A DNA stretch of 64,000 bases. Origin: Geosiphon pyriformis uo1. Lineage: Eukaryota > Fungi > Glomeromycota. A program made the translations under genes and the position numbers. Every line of letters begins with the position of its first letter. The stretch's first letter is position 1. The stretch spans positions 62,001 through 126,000 of the forward strand of contig JAAOMT010000543.1 in NCBI GenBank assembly GCA_016748015.1, written 5' to 3'. Positions 14,884-26,994 of this stretch are shown piece after piece. The notes under the pieces are model-generated. The model had not been told where the DNA came from, did not search any database, and saw only the letters and a list, made by a program, of their open reading frames with translations.

Positions 14884-16400
14884 ATTTCAGAATCTTTATT
14901 CAAAAAACAAAAACGAGCAGCAGTTAATGATGCTCTTTGTAAAGAAATTTGTAAATATTCCAAAAATCACTATGGCACGAAACATGATGATATTGTAGCT
15001 TACTTCAATCATAAATATCCAGAACTTCATATTTCTCGTCCAACTGTCTCCAAGATAATCAAAGAGCATGCAAAGTGGTTGAATATTGAAATTGATGAAA
15101 TCTCAGAAAGATCTATTTGACACAAAAGCATTAAATTTCCATTATTAGACCAAGCTTTAAGTTATTGGGTAGAACAAGTAACTGCAGCCACTATCGAATT
15201 CAATGATCAACTAATTAAAGAGAAAGGAAAAGAATTTGCCAAACTTCTTGGTATGCACGAAAATGAAATGCAATTCTCAAATGGATGGATTCAAAAATTC
15301 AAAAAACGAAACCAGTTACGTATTTACCGATTTCATGGTGAAGCAGGAAGTGTATCAACTAAAAGTTTACCAGAAGAATGAAGAAAATTAAAAACCATTA
15401 TATCCGAATTTTATCCTGCTGACATATATAATGCTGATGAAACAGGATTATTTTTTCGTATGGGACCAAATCAAACACTTGCAAAATGTCGAAATGCAGG
15501 AAAAAAAATTGGTATATTATATTCACCAATTTTTATCGTTATATATTATTGTTATATTAAATTAATTGGGCTTTTTATAGGATAAATCTCGGATTACAAT
15601 TCTTGCTACAAATTCAACTGGATCTCACAAATTGCAACCTTTAGTAATTGGACATGCAAAAAATCCAAGATGCTTTAAAGGAATTAATACTTCCAACCTA
15701 CCTGTGATTTACAAATTCAATTCCAAAGCATGGATGCGCTCAGATATATGGAAAGCATGGCTCAAATATATAAATAAAGGCTTTCGAATTCAAAATCGGC
15801 ATATATTACTTTTGGTTGATAATGCAACTTCTCATCATACTCAAATCGGGAAAGATTCATTCCAATTAACCAATATTNNNNNNNNNNNNNNNNNNNNAAA
15901 CAAGCAATTGATTATGTTGTTCAATCATGGTTTCAAGTAATATCTGTTACAATTCAAAACTGTTGGCAAAAAACGGATATTCTTTTCTATAATCAAGAAT
16001 TAGAAATTCAAGATCCGAAACATCAATTGCTATGGATATATTCAACAATTTACCATCAAATGCACACAATTGGTCAAAAATTTCAAAGATTATAGTGTAG
16101 CAGTTGATGAATTATTGGCAACTGAAAATATTCTTGATGATAATGAAATTGTAGATATGGTTTTAGCCGATGCTCAAATTGAAACCAATACAATTAATGA
16201 CTCGGAAGAAGAATTAGAAAAATCTCCACCTGCTATAATTACAATTACAGAAGCATATGAAGCATTAAAAAAGGTATTTAGATTTGAAGCAATTAGCAGA
16301 AGAAAATTTTAGTATAGAACACCAAAATTTAATTGAAAAAAATTATATGAATACAAAAAATGAAGGAAAATTCTAAAAAAAGGTAACAATTAATCAATAT
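14884..16400 (+). pseudogene. Pogo/CENP-B-like transposase pseudogene with probable intron 15512-15580
   Basis: HTH (ISRPTVSKII), CENP-B HTH (FSNGWIQKFKKRNQ), IYNADETGLFF, QPLVIGHAKNPRCF..SKAWM, LLLVDNATSH. Premature TGA stops at ~15118 and ~15379, no clear ATG, N-gap 15878-15897. Confidence 0.88.
15878..15897. other. Assembly gap (20 N)
   Basis: Run of n in the sequence. Confidence 1.
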
Positions 16401-17569
16401 TTTAATAATAATAATAATAATAATTGATTGATTTAATAAATAAATATAGTTTATCTAATAATAATTATAAAACTCTATAATAGAACACCTCTAAAATGGA
16501 ACATAATCTGCATGTCTCAACTGTGTTCTTTTATAGAGGTCTGACTGTACTATAAGCTTAAAATTAACTTATTAAAATTGAATAATTTACTAAAAAGATG
16601 AAAAACATCAGAATAAACTTGTTAACATAAGCAAAAAAAGTTAAATATTAAGTATTAAAAAATTATTAAATTATTTAAATCTTAGGAAAATTTACTGATT
16701 GCAGCTTTTCAAAAATTAGATGTAACAAGAGATAATGTTTTCAAGAAATAAAGTAATTTTCATAGCCACGGAAAATGATTTCTCAATTTTGTCCGATTAA
16801 AAACAAAGCATTGAACATTTGACACACATAAAACCTAATGTCTTTACTGTTATTTATGATACATAAACTCCATGTATCCATAAATTTGACATCCTTAAAG
16901 AACCAACATCGTGAATACCTTTTTTTCCAAATAAACGCACGTTTAAGAAAAATAATTAATGTATTGAGCGTATTTCCCTGGGTGAAATTTATTATGCCTT
17001 ATAGACAAAATATTTTCAAGAGTATATTACAAAATTGGGACATTATAACATTAAACAATTGAAAATTTTATCGCAAGAGAAAATTTTTTGTTTATTATAC
17101 AGTTTAATCAAGAACCAAGAAAATAGTTTTCGAAAGTCACGTAAATGTTTTTTGCCAAGTTTGTCATCAAAAAAATAATCATGATTATATTTTAAAAGGA
17201 AATAAATAATTCCCTTAATTACTTTTTAAAGCAGAATAATTATGCTTCTTTGTTCAATGCCGCTTCAGATAAATTGAGCATACCGCTTTTTGTTTCATCT
17301 GATGAGGCAGCTGTTTTACAGAAATTTCAATTGATTTGAGATCTTTAAGGCGCAAAAAAAATTTGCGCTTGAGATTTAAAAGCTCCAACGTAAATCTTGC
17401 TTGTTGAATCAGCCTCAATTGGGCACATAATCTTTTTTGATTAAAAAATTTACAACATAAACATAACTTGAATAAAAGCTTCTTGACTTTTTTTAATTAA
17501 AATTGAAATCATTGAGTTACGATATTGCTACTAAAATAAATACAGAGGGAGTAGACATTTCATATTGCC

Positions 17570-17935
17570 CAATTGGCAGACATTTAAAATCACTTGGATT
17601 TATGAAAAACTACCAATAAATACTGTACGTCAATGCTAACCAAAGTTCAAAACAGAAACAGGTTGAATGAACCAAATTTCACCTTAATTATAATTGGAAA
17701 AAACCTTACTTTCTGATGAATAACGCTTTCAACAAGATAAAAATTCCAAGCTTACAAGTTTAATAACTAAGGCGTTCCTTGTGAAAAAGGTACCTGATGT
17801 TATTGACTGGTGGTCGTGTAGTCCGGATCTAAATCGTATTGAAAATCTGTGGGGAATCGTTAGGAAAAGAAATATGTTCATCATTTAGTAAATTCAATAT
17901 CGCGGCGTTGCGAGTTGATTATCGAGAATAAAAAT
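17570..17935 (+). pseudogene. Tc1/mariner transposase remnant, internally deleted
   Basis: Frameshifted translation gives GRHLKSLG.., NWKK..FSDE, FQQD.., VPDVIDW..SPDLNRIENLWGIV, HLVNSISRRCELIIEN. Confidence 0.75.
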
Positions 17936-18814
17936 AAATCAATCAACACTCGTGAAAATTTCGCCAAAGATTCTGTTTTTCTCTGCTGCTGTTTCATTAA
18001 CTTAATCCAAGGCTCCAAATAAACGAATAATTATCATCTGACGAACTATGCTAACTCTATGAACTTGATTAAATTAAGTTACAATGCTATACATTATATG
18101 CCAACAAGTATAATAAATATTTCTGTGTGTCTTGATGTAAAACAAACTCCATTCTCATAATTTTGAGAGTTTTGCGTAATCTCTATAATTGAATCCCCAG
18201 ATGAATACATATGCTGTATGAATTAATTGGTTCAGGAAATCGACTCAATTTAATGTACCTATATTCACCCTTGGCCGATATATAGATTGAATTTTATAGA
18301 TTTCGTCGACTAGTTTATTGCTGCTTGTAAATTCCTTTTAAAATAAACAATAGCATGCCGCACACTCATTCTTATTTAAATCCAAGCTCTTTTCGCATAA
18401 AAAGCAGTTGGTGTAATCATGAGTTTCTTGGTGAGTTCTTTTAATCTCAAGTTTTCCATAGTGTGATAAAATTAATAAGTATTAAGAAAATATCAATAAA
18501 TTATTTGTATATATTAACATTGAATTGAAAAAGGAGAGGGCTTTTTTTAAAAAAAAGCTTTTATGGATAATAAGTTTAAAAAAAATTAAAACATGTATAT
18601 AAATGGCAGGCTTTGTGTTTTTGCTGTTTAAAAAAACACTTCTTATTAATTTATATCAAATATAATTGGTCATTTAATTAAATTTTGAATCAATCGGCTT
18701 TGCCTTCCTTTTATTTATAATCTACATTTTTAGTCACACAAAATTATATACCAATTATTGCTCGTGTATGACTTTTACTCACTTACTAATCGGTGCTTAT
18801 AGAGGATTCGTCGG

Positions 18815-19373
18815 TCCAAAGAATACGTCACCAATCCTCTTTGTTCCAATGCCTGTAGATTTTAGCTCACGTTGACCCGTTTTACTTCATTAATCATTGG
18901 CTTCTTACGCATTATATAGCATTTAATATTGTTTTTTATTATACTACCAAATTTGGGTTTTAGATGAGATGTTTTGGCATCTTTCTTATTACTGCATTCT
19001 TTTTGATTTCCCGGGGAATTCGACGTTCAGAACGTTTATCAATAATAGATTTCGACCCATTATTATTTCTTTTTTAAATAATCACTATTTATTGTTAATA
19101 CTAATCTTTTAAGGCAATTTTTAACACAAGGACGGGACCGTCCAATAGTGTGCGCGATTTTTACAGCGGAGATACTTTCTTGTGTATTTTTACAGTATAA
19201 CAGTATACATTTCAAATTTTCAAGTCATTCTTTAATTAAATAATAAATTAAACGAAGGACGAATATCTTTTGTTATTATTAACAATAACCATGCAAGTTC
19301 AATTTTAAGGTACTTAGTATTATGGCAATCTTACGTTTTTGCTGAAATCGTCCTAGTTTGTGTGACCCATGTG
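18815..19373 (-). pseudogene. Second Tc1/mariner remnant (N-terminal HTH to first catalytic Asp)
   Basis: Minus strand: SAVKIAHTIGRSRPCV (HTH), IDKRSERRI, RKKPMINEV, YRHWNKEDW*RILWTDESSI. Possible terminus TA|CACATGGGTCACACAAAC near 19373. Confidence 0.7.
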
Positions 19374-20504
19374 TACATTTCAAATGATTACTTGCAGAAT
19401 CAAACTTCGCTTACAATGTCAAAATCCTTTATACCTATTATTTGCTGCATAAATTTTTTGTAATTTCAAGCAAGATTTAATTGGGATTCGTTGAATAACA
19501 TGGGTAATCCTCTTTCTTACCAATTTTCTTTTTATTTAAATTTAAAATTATTCTTTGTTCTGTTTTCTATTATATTTTTCATAGTCTTTCATGGAACTTT
19601 GTCTTTTTCAAAGGATAAATTTCTCATTTACAACTTTGTTTAATTACTTGACTCAGGGACCAGGATTTATCCCAATTTTTGGGAAATTATTTTTTATCTA
19701 CGCTAGCATGATATAATATCAAGATTTTTCACCAAAAGACAAAAATTGGTAATGACCGTAAAAACCTGGATAAAAAAAGAACCTTTTTGATAAATCATTG
19801 CCATTTATCGTTTCAGAATATTGAAAAATGAATTTTAATAAACAAATCTGAAAAAATCAGAATATTTGTGAGAATGTTAAAAATTATGCAAGTTTTTATG
19901 ATACATAAATCTTTAATTAATTAGAGAATGTCAAAAACAGCATTTAAAATTTGAATTTTGTATAGCATAATGCTCATTTCAGCCAACAGCAATTCTGTCG
20001 TGAAACTTTAGTCTTTTCAGACATTTTCTTCGTTGAGGAAAGATCTTCATTTTCACCACCGTTATGATTGTTGGAAAGAATATTTAGTTCCCACTTCACA
20101 GGATAATATTAATAAAATCTTGAAACATACTATTGCTATGATTATCATTTTACTCCTGTAAAACTGTGCTTTAGAATTAACCTTTAGCATAGCGCTGTAG
20201 CGTGGTAAGCTTTCTTTGTTTTCCATCTAAATTTGGCCGCAACAATCTTAATAATTTAACCCCGTTACAAAGGAAATAAGGAACAATATCTTGGTCTTAT
20301 TTTACCCAAAATGGACCATCTTTTCACTGTCTCTTCAGCAGACAACGCGGGGTATTACTAACAAAGTGGCACAACTCGGATCATGTATTACCTTTTCTTT
20401 ATTTTGTGCCTATTTAGGAATCAATGAGAAATTTTCTATAAATATAGTTGATTTTTTAGATTCAAAAAAATCATCTAATATTAATAATAAATCGAAAACC
20501 AAAC

Positions 20505-20614
20505 CTCATCAAATCTCAATAATATACCAAAAATCTCATCAAATCTCAATAATAACAAAAATCCATCAAATTTCAATAATAACAAAAACCAGTCAAATTT
20601 CAATAATAACAAAA
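20505..20614 (+). repeat. Tandem repeat, ~27-30 bp x4 (CATCAAAT(C/T)TCAATAATAACAAAAA)
   Basis: Directly visible; ends ~7 bp upstream of the Sel1 ATG. Confidence 0.85.
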
Positions 20615-20621
20615 TTTCAGA

Positions 20622-21536
20622 ATGATTTCAAACCTCCACCCAAAAAATTATACCAATGGTCCGTTGAACCAGATCGCAAAAAGTTTCCTTGAGTCAATCG
20701 ATCGTGGGGAAACTTATTGTGATATCGCGGTCGATATCCAAAACAATCTTGAACGTTACAACCTTTCTCTGGAATATCTAATTGAAAAACTCACGATTAG
20801 AACACATTATACTCGACAGTTTAGATGCCTCCTCGGATTCTGTCATCAGTATATCAAGGAATGTTTTGATCCGGAAAAAGCAGTTGAAGCTTACGAGGTT
20901 TCCTCCGATAGTGGTTACTCGTATGGCCGTTTATTCCTTGGAATCTGTTTCGAGACTGAATTCGGTGTGGAAAATGATCCAGAAAGAGCTTTCGAACTAT
21001 ACAGGATGTCTGCGAATGATTGTAATGGACATTCCCAATATCGGCTTGCACGGTGTTATCAGCATGGAATAGGAACCATTGCTGATATCGAGAAATCATT
21101 AAAATGGTTTCATAGATCAGCTGAATCTGGTCACTTAGGTGCCCAAAATAATGTCGGATGCTTTTACAAATCAGGATTAGGTGCTGAGCGAGATCTTTCC
21201 CAAGCTTTCTATTGGTATCAACGAGCAGCCAGGGCTGGTCTTTCCTGTGCTCAATTTAATTTGGGTGAGTGCTTTCGAGAGGGACAGGGTATAAAAAAGG
21301 ATGATAAACGAGCAGCATATTGGTATAAGAAAGCTGCAGCGGCTGGTGATTTAAATGCCAAGGTTCAGTTGGCTAACCTTGACAAAGAACCGGTCATCAA
21401 AAAGAAGAAATATGATGATCCTCAGGCTCAGTTTGCTCCAAAGGAAATGTACGAAAATCGAAAACCTGGTCTAGATCACAAACAAACTTTCAAATTGCAT
21501 GAGAAAATCGTGGAAGCCGGTATTTGTATTCAGTAG
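20622..21536 (+). CDS. Sel1-like repeat (SLR/TPR-like) protein, 304 aa
   Basis: Intact ORF with 4-5 Sel1 repeats: LFLGICFETEFGVENDPERAFELY, QYRLARCYQHGIGTIADIEKSLKWF, AQNNVGCFYKSGLGAERDLSQAFYWY, AQFNLGECFREGQGIKKDDKRAAYWY. Confidence 0.93.
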   Translation: MISNLHPKNYTNGPLNQIAKSFLESIDRGETYCDIAVDIQNNLERYNLSLEYLIEKLTIRTHYTRQFRCLLGFCHQYIKECFDPEKAVEAYEVSSDSGYSYGRLFLGICFETEFGVENDPERAFELYRMSANDCNGHSQYRLARCYQHGIGTIADIEKSLKWFHRSAESGHLGAQNNVGCFYKSGLGAERDLSQAFYWYQRAARAGLSCAQFNLGECFREGQGIKKDDKRAAYWYKKAAAAGDLNAKVQLANLDKEPVIKKKKYDDPQAQFAPKEMYENRKPGLDHKQTFKLHEKIVEAGICIQ

Positions 21537-22149
21537 CTGAAAGCGCTAGGTGGCAGATTATTATTTAGTTGGATTTAAAAACACGAACTATCATTTTAAA
21601 CCCTAAGATTGATGAGAAAAAAAAAATATGGATAAATGTATTTCGTTGACCGAAATCTTTTCAACCATCACCATAATTAAAACTATTTATTCGAGATTTC
21701 ATGTACAGATTATTTCATGTATTCAAGAAAGTCTATTTATTGGAAGACTAGAACTAAATTTTTCTTTTTAAATTATTATTTTGTTCTTTCAATAAAAATG
21801 GGAGATAGAGGTTTGGCCAAGAACTAAAACTGATTCAAGATTTAACAACTGCTAAAATTTTTCTGTATGCTTTTTCGTTATAAAGCTGAGAAGGTGAATG
21901 ATTAAATATAAAGCCAAATTGACTTTATACACTTGTCAGATGGATGGAGTGAATCGATCATTATTACATTGTGACTCCCATTAATCCGAAGTTGAATTAA
22001 CTGTACGGTTGCTCACAGAAGAAACTGAACACGAAAAAAAAATGGCGAAATTCGAATATCTCACCATTAGTACACTCACCAATGAATCAACTGAAAAATC
22101 TATCATCAATAATAAACCAAACCAAAGTAAACCAACATCATCCGAAGTA

Positions 22150-24180
22150 TTCTTGATAACCCACCCACCAAGGCCATGGTATGTAATGCTGAGATAGATG
22201 GAAAAAGCTTCCAATTAATTTTCGACTGCCAGTTTAATTTTAAAGCCATTTTTGAAGATAATCAGAAGGAAAATAGATGGTCCACTTTTAATCAGCATAC
22301 TTTACATTAATGGGCCATTGGGTCAAGTTATTCAATCAATTTTAGTTACTGATGCTATCGATTATGCAGTTTTAGTTTGTAATAATTGGTTGGTTAAAAC
22401 TAAAGCAATTATGAACTGGGCTGGTAGAAAAATGATACTTAAATAGAACAATAAAGTTATTGAAGTACCAATTACTTGTTGAACAGAACCAAAATACTAC
22501 AACAACTGAACCAAATAAGCCAGATGAGTTGGAAGAATTAATTACACCATCAGAAATTAAAGATGTTGAGTTAAAAAAAAAAGCGAAATAACACAAATTA
22601 AAAGAAATAATCCAACTTTATTAATTGCAATCAAATCAAATAAAAAATGGAAAATTTGTAAGTAAACATTGATTAGCAACTAATTAATACAAAACTTGTT
22701 AACAAAATTTGAAACTACAAAAAACACTTGAAATCTTTTTAGCTAATCAAATTAAACCAATTAAAAAAGTACTTTTAATCTAATACTATAACAATAATAA
22801 CAAAGGTAAACAGCCAGCACACGTTTATTTAACTAAGCCATTAATATTAAAATTATACAAAAATCGCAATGAAAATTTCAAATAGATTTATAATACAACT
22901 GTTTTCATATTGATGTTAAGACTAACATCATAAATTCAGTTTTTATTAAAAATATCAAAGTTTTATGAAAAACATTATTCATTTGCCACATGTATTAAAA
23001 GCAAATAAACAAATTGCACAACCCATTTTCTTATCAATAATAAAACTGGTCACTATATTATGTAATCAGAATAAATTTGGATTAATTGAAAAAATAATGT
23101 TGGATGTTAAATTAGCAAGATTTTTAAAACCGACAAATAAACTAAATAAACAACAACAAATTTAATAAACCAATTATTAAAGCTGTATTACAATACGTTT
23201 GTTTATAAAATAAAAGATTTTAAATACACCAATGTGGTTTAATATTATATAAAAACCGAACTGCTTTTCCAATTAAAAAATACATTTATTTAAAAAAATT
23301 AATATAATATTGGGCAATAATATTATTCAATTATCTTTTAATCCATAAACTTTTCTAATTTTTGGTTAAAAAAAAAAGATTTTAAATAATTATTATTAAT
23401 TAAATACAATAATCAAAAAATAATTATCTATTGTCATAAATTAATAAAATATTAAATGTTCTTAAAAAATCAAAATTCTTTTTTAACATTGAATTTAAGA
23501 AAATAACTACTAATAGATACAAATAATATTAAAAGCAAGAAAAAATAGTATTTATTATCAAGCATAATATTTATAAATTTAATATTATGCTATTTAGATT
23601 AATTAATATACCAGCCATTTTTTAATGGCTTATAAATATTTATTTTTCAAAATAAATTTTCAAAACACATAATTGTATACTTAGATAATATTATTGTTTA
23701 TTTTACCAGTTTTAATAAATATTTGGAGCATTTAAAAAAATTTAAACTACTTGCTTAAAATAAATATTATTTTTTAAAACAAAGTTGAATTTCTTGGGTT
23801 ATATTTTTAACAAGAATGAAATTGCACCTAATTCAGACAAAATTAAAAAAGTATTAATCTTTTTTAACATTAAAAATTTTTATAAGCTTAATAAATTTTT
23901 GAAACTTGTTTTATATTATCACAAATTTATTTAACAATTTATAAAAATTACAATATTATTTACTTAACTTTTTATCAAAAATATTGATATTATTAAAAAA
24001 TTCTTAATAAAAAGTATTTAACCAATTCAAATTATACTTAATTGTAACTTTAATTTTTAGTTATTTAAATTTAAACAAAAAGTTTAGCTTATATATAAAT
24101 ATATTATATTTAAGTTTTATTGCAGTTTTGGCACAAAAAATAAACAATAACCAAAAAAAATGGTGTATTATGCCAGCTGT
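22150..24180 (+). mobile_element. Degenerate Gypsy pol fragment of a second family (protease, RT, start of RNase H)
   Basis: KAMVCNAEIDGKSFQLIFD (protease), FNIMLFRLINIPAIF (~23580), IVYLDNIIV (~23672, YLDD motif), KVEFLGYI. Confidence 0.75.
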
Positions 24181-24184
24181 TACT

Positions 24185-24860
24185 TTGTTTTTTTTGCTAT
24201 AATTTATTATGTTAATTTTTTAATGAATTCAAATCTTTAAATTTTTTTGGCTATTGAACTCAATTTTTTTTTTGTATTTATTATAGTAAGCTTTAATATC
24301 TTAATTAATAATAATAAAAATAGCTTGGGCTATTTTTTTTTAACTTAATTTTACAACATAAAAATAATATTTTCAGTATATATAGTATTAATAATTTTAT
24401 TTTTATATTACTTTTTTTCTTATTAAACTAAATTTTTGAATACAATTTGTATTATAATACAGATAAAAATTTCTAAAGCTATTCTTTAATCTATTTTAAA
24501 AAAAGTATAAAGTGTTAAAATTAATAAAAATTGCTCTAAATATCTTAATTAAACTTAGCATTTTTTTAATAAGTATTAATATTTGATAATAATTTAAAAA
24601 TTTTATAATTTAATAAGTAATTTTATAATTATAACTTTATTTTTATATTTATTAATATTTATTTAAATTATTAAATTTTTTTTTATTAACTTTAATTTTA
24701 AATTTTTTTTATTGTATAAGCAATATTTAAGTTTTTATAATGTTTTATTAAATATAATTTTTATTGAAATTTTTTGGATTTAATTAGTGATAAAAATTAT
24801 ATATTAATATAATTTATTATATTTTACTTTTTTTATTATTATTAAGCTTTAACAAATATA
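24185..24860 (-). mobile_element. Fragment of dUTPase-Gypsy family (dUTPase region)
   Basis: Minus strand reads KIAQAIF.. followed by a decayed motif-5-like segment, matching 39875-40300. Confidence 0.55.
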
Positions 24861-24869
24861 GTTTAATTA

Positions 24870-26900
24870 TTATTTAAAAAGTAAAAACAAACTAAATATT
24901 CTAGTACTAAATATAGTTTATGTATTTCTATATATAACTAGTTATTTAAGCCAGTTTAAACAATATAATATTATTAATAATCAATTTAACCAGTTATTTA
25001 ATTGTTTTTAAAACATAAGTTTTAATATTAATAGATTTATATTCTTATAATAAAATTAAATTAGAAAACATATTATTATTAATTATATACAAATTTATAT
25101 AAGAACCAAATATATTAATATTTTTATAGCCACACTCAATTTTTAAAACAACTATTTTCTATTCCAACTTATTTACTACTTTGCTAAATATACTTATATA
25201 TATCAAAATCTTATTAATTTTAAGACTAAATACACTACTTAAAACTAAATTTCTATTAATCAACTGTTTAAACACAGCAATTAGATAATTAATTGGCTTA
25301 ATAATAGATTTGACCAATACAAAAGCTTGGCCAAATCAGATTTTAAAGAGATTAATTAAAAAAACTATAAAGTTATTAATTACAATATTAACAAAAAAAA
25401 CAAAACCAATCAGAGAATTAAAATTTAAAAAAGACATAAAAATAGTAGTTTTAACATAAAAGTCTTAAAAGTTTTAAAAAAAATAAAACCACTTTATAAT
25501 TAAAAACCAAATAATTCAAGTCTTAACATTTAAAACAACATTGGTATTCAGAAGTTTTTTACTAGATATAATACTTTTTTAAAGTACCAATTTTAATAAT
25601 AGCAGCATTTAAATTATTTTGTAAGCCAAATATAACCAAAACAAACTAAAAACAACACTAAAATTAGATAAATAAAAAATAAAACAAGTTTAACTACTAA
25701 CTTGAAAAATCATATTATTAATTTTAAAAACAGTATAATTAAAAAAAAAATAATTAACTTGGTCTTAAACTTATTATAAAACAGAAATAGTTTTATTCTA
25801 ATTTATCAAAAAAAATTCTAATATTATTTTTATTTAATAAAGCTAATTAAAAATTCAAAGTAGATATAGCAGTATCTAAATTTTTAAAGTAAACAATTAT
25901 ATATTGCTAAATACCAATAAGTTTTAATACAATATAAATAACTTTTTTAATATATATCAAGTACTATTTTAATATTTGTGACAAACATACTTAAAAGCAT
26001 ATTATATAATATAATAGTAATAAAAAAAATCAGACTTAGAAATTACCAAAAATTTGGCAATCTTAAAAATAACCAGATAAATTAAGCTTTTAAGCTCAAT
26101 TAAAAATACAGTTTTTAAAGACTATTGAGAAGTAAACTCTATACAAAAAAACTTTATATTGTTTTTACAACTGATTTAACATTCAAAAAACCATATACAG
26201 AGTGAAAAACAGTCTTAATATAAGCCAATTTAATCTTAAAAATTGTACTAAGTATTAAAATAAAAACCACTTACTTAGCAAATTTTTGATAACTAGTAAT
26301 AATTTTTTAAGTAATATTAATAACAGTACTAAAAACCAGGAAAAATAATTCAATTTTTATTTAATCAGTTCAGTTTTTAAGAACAAGTAATCTAATAAAA
26401 GATCTTTGTTTTGTTTTAAAACTAACAAAAATATGCTAGAAAATACTATTTTTAACAATACAATTGATGATTAATTTTGGCCTATTTTAAACAATATACT
26501 AATAAAAATTTTATTTAAGATTTTATCTGAAACTACAAAAAAATTCAGTATAACAATAGTAAAAACAAGTAATTGCTTTTATTTTTTAAAATTCTTAGTT
26601 TTTTTAATCATTTTTAAAAAAATAATACTAATAATATCAAATATAATAACAATAATTAGAAAAACCAACTTATTAATTGGCTTATTATTCAAAACTTTTA
26701 GTTTTTTAATAAAAGTAAAGGCAATATTGAGACTAATTCAAATATGTTTTTTTAAGAGAATTTTAATTGGTAAAAAATCAGTTAAAAATAAGAAAAATGC
26801 TTTAGTGATTATTAAAAACAGCTTTTTACTATTATTACTTAGAAAAAAGCTTTTAAAACATTCTGTTTAGTAGTTTTTACAACAGAAAAAACTTTTTTAG
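24870..26900 (-). mobile_element. Degenerate, internally deleted LINE copy (3' portion)
   Basis: Reverse complement of the LINE 3' UTR motif at ~24900-24965, followed by decayed ORF2 C-terminal/RNase H sequence. Confidence 0.6.
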
Positions 26901-26994
26901 TTGAAATTTTATTAAATATCTTAAAAAAAAATCAGTACAGCTTTTTTATTTTTTATTATAATTATAGTCATAAAATTAAGAAAACAAAAAGCAT

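Larger units (their letters stand above)
14486..16547 (+). mobile_element. Pogo/Tigger-family DNA transposon with 23-bp TIRs and TA TSD
   Basis: Left TA|CAGTCAGACCTCCATAAAAGAAC; right GTTCTTTTATAGAGGTCTGACTG|TA (1 mismatch). Subterminal CCTC..A.AAAGAAC-like repeats at both ends. Confidence 0.93.
10600..16700 (+). mobile_element. Highly degenerate dUTPase-Gypsy copy (LTR end, PBS, gag, protease, dUTPase remnant), hosting a MITE and a Pogo insertion
   Basis: TTTGGTG PBS-like motif at 11099-11105, followed by sequence resembling the gag start of the 32-45 kb element. Decayed protease at ~12740-13100. dUTPase-like remnant flanks the Pogo (~14380-14485 and 16550-16690). 5' boundary uncertain. Confidence 0.55.

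Noticed and set aside
17340-17378. Hairpin (AAGGCGCAAA..TTTGCGCTT) as terminator or Helitron end
   Set aside because: Short and isolated, with no downstream CTRR or other supporting context.
20291-20692. 133-aa ORF upstream of Sel1 as a gene
   Set aside because: TTG start, kept open largely by the tandem repeat, overlaps the Sel1 CDS, no recognisable domain.
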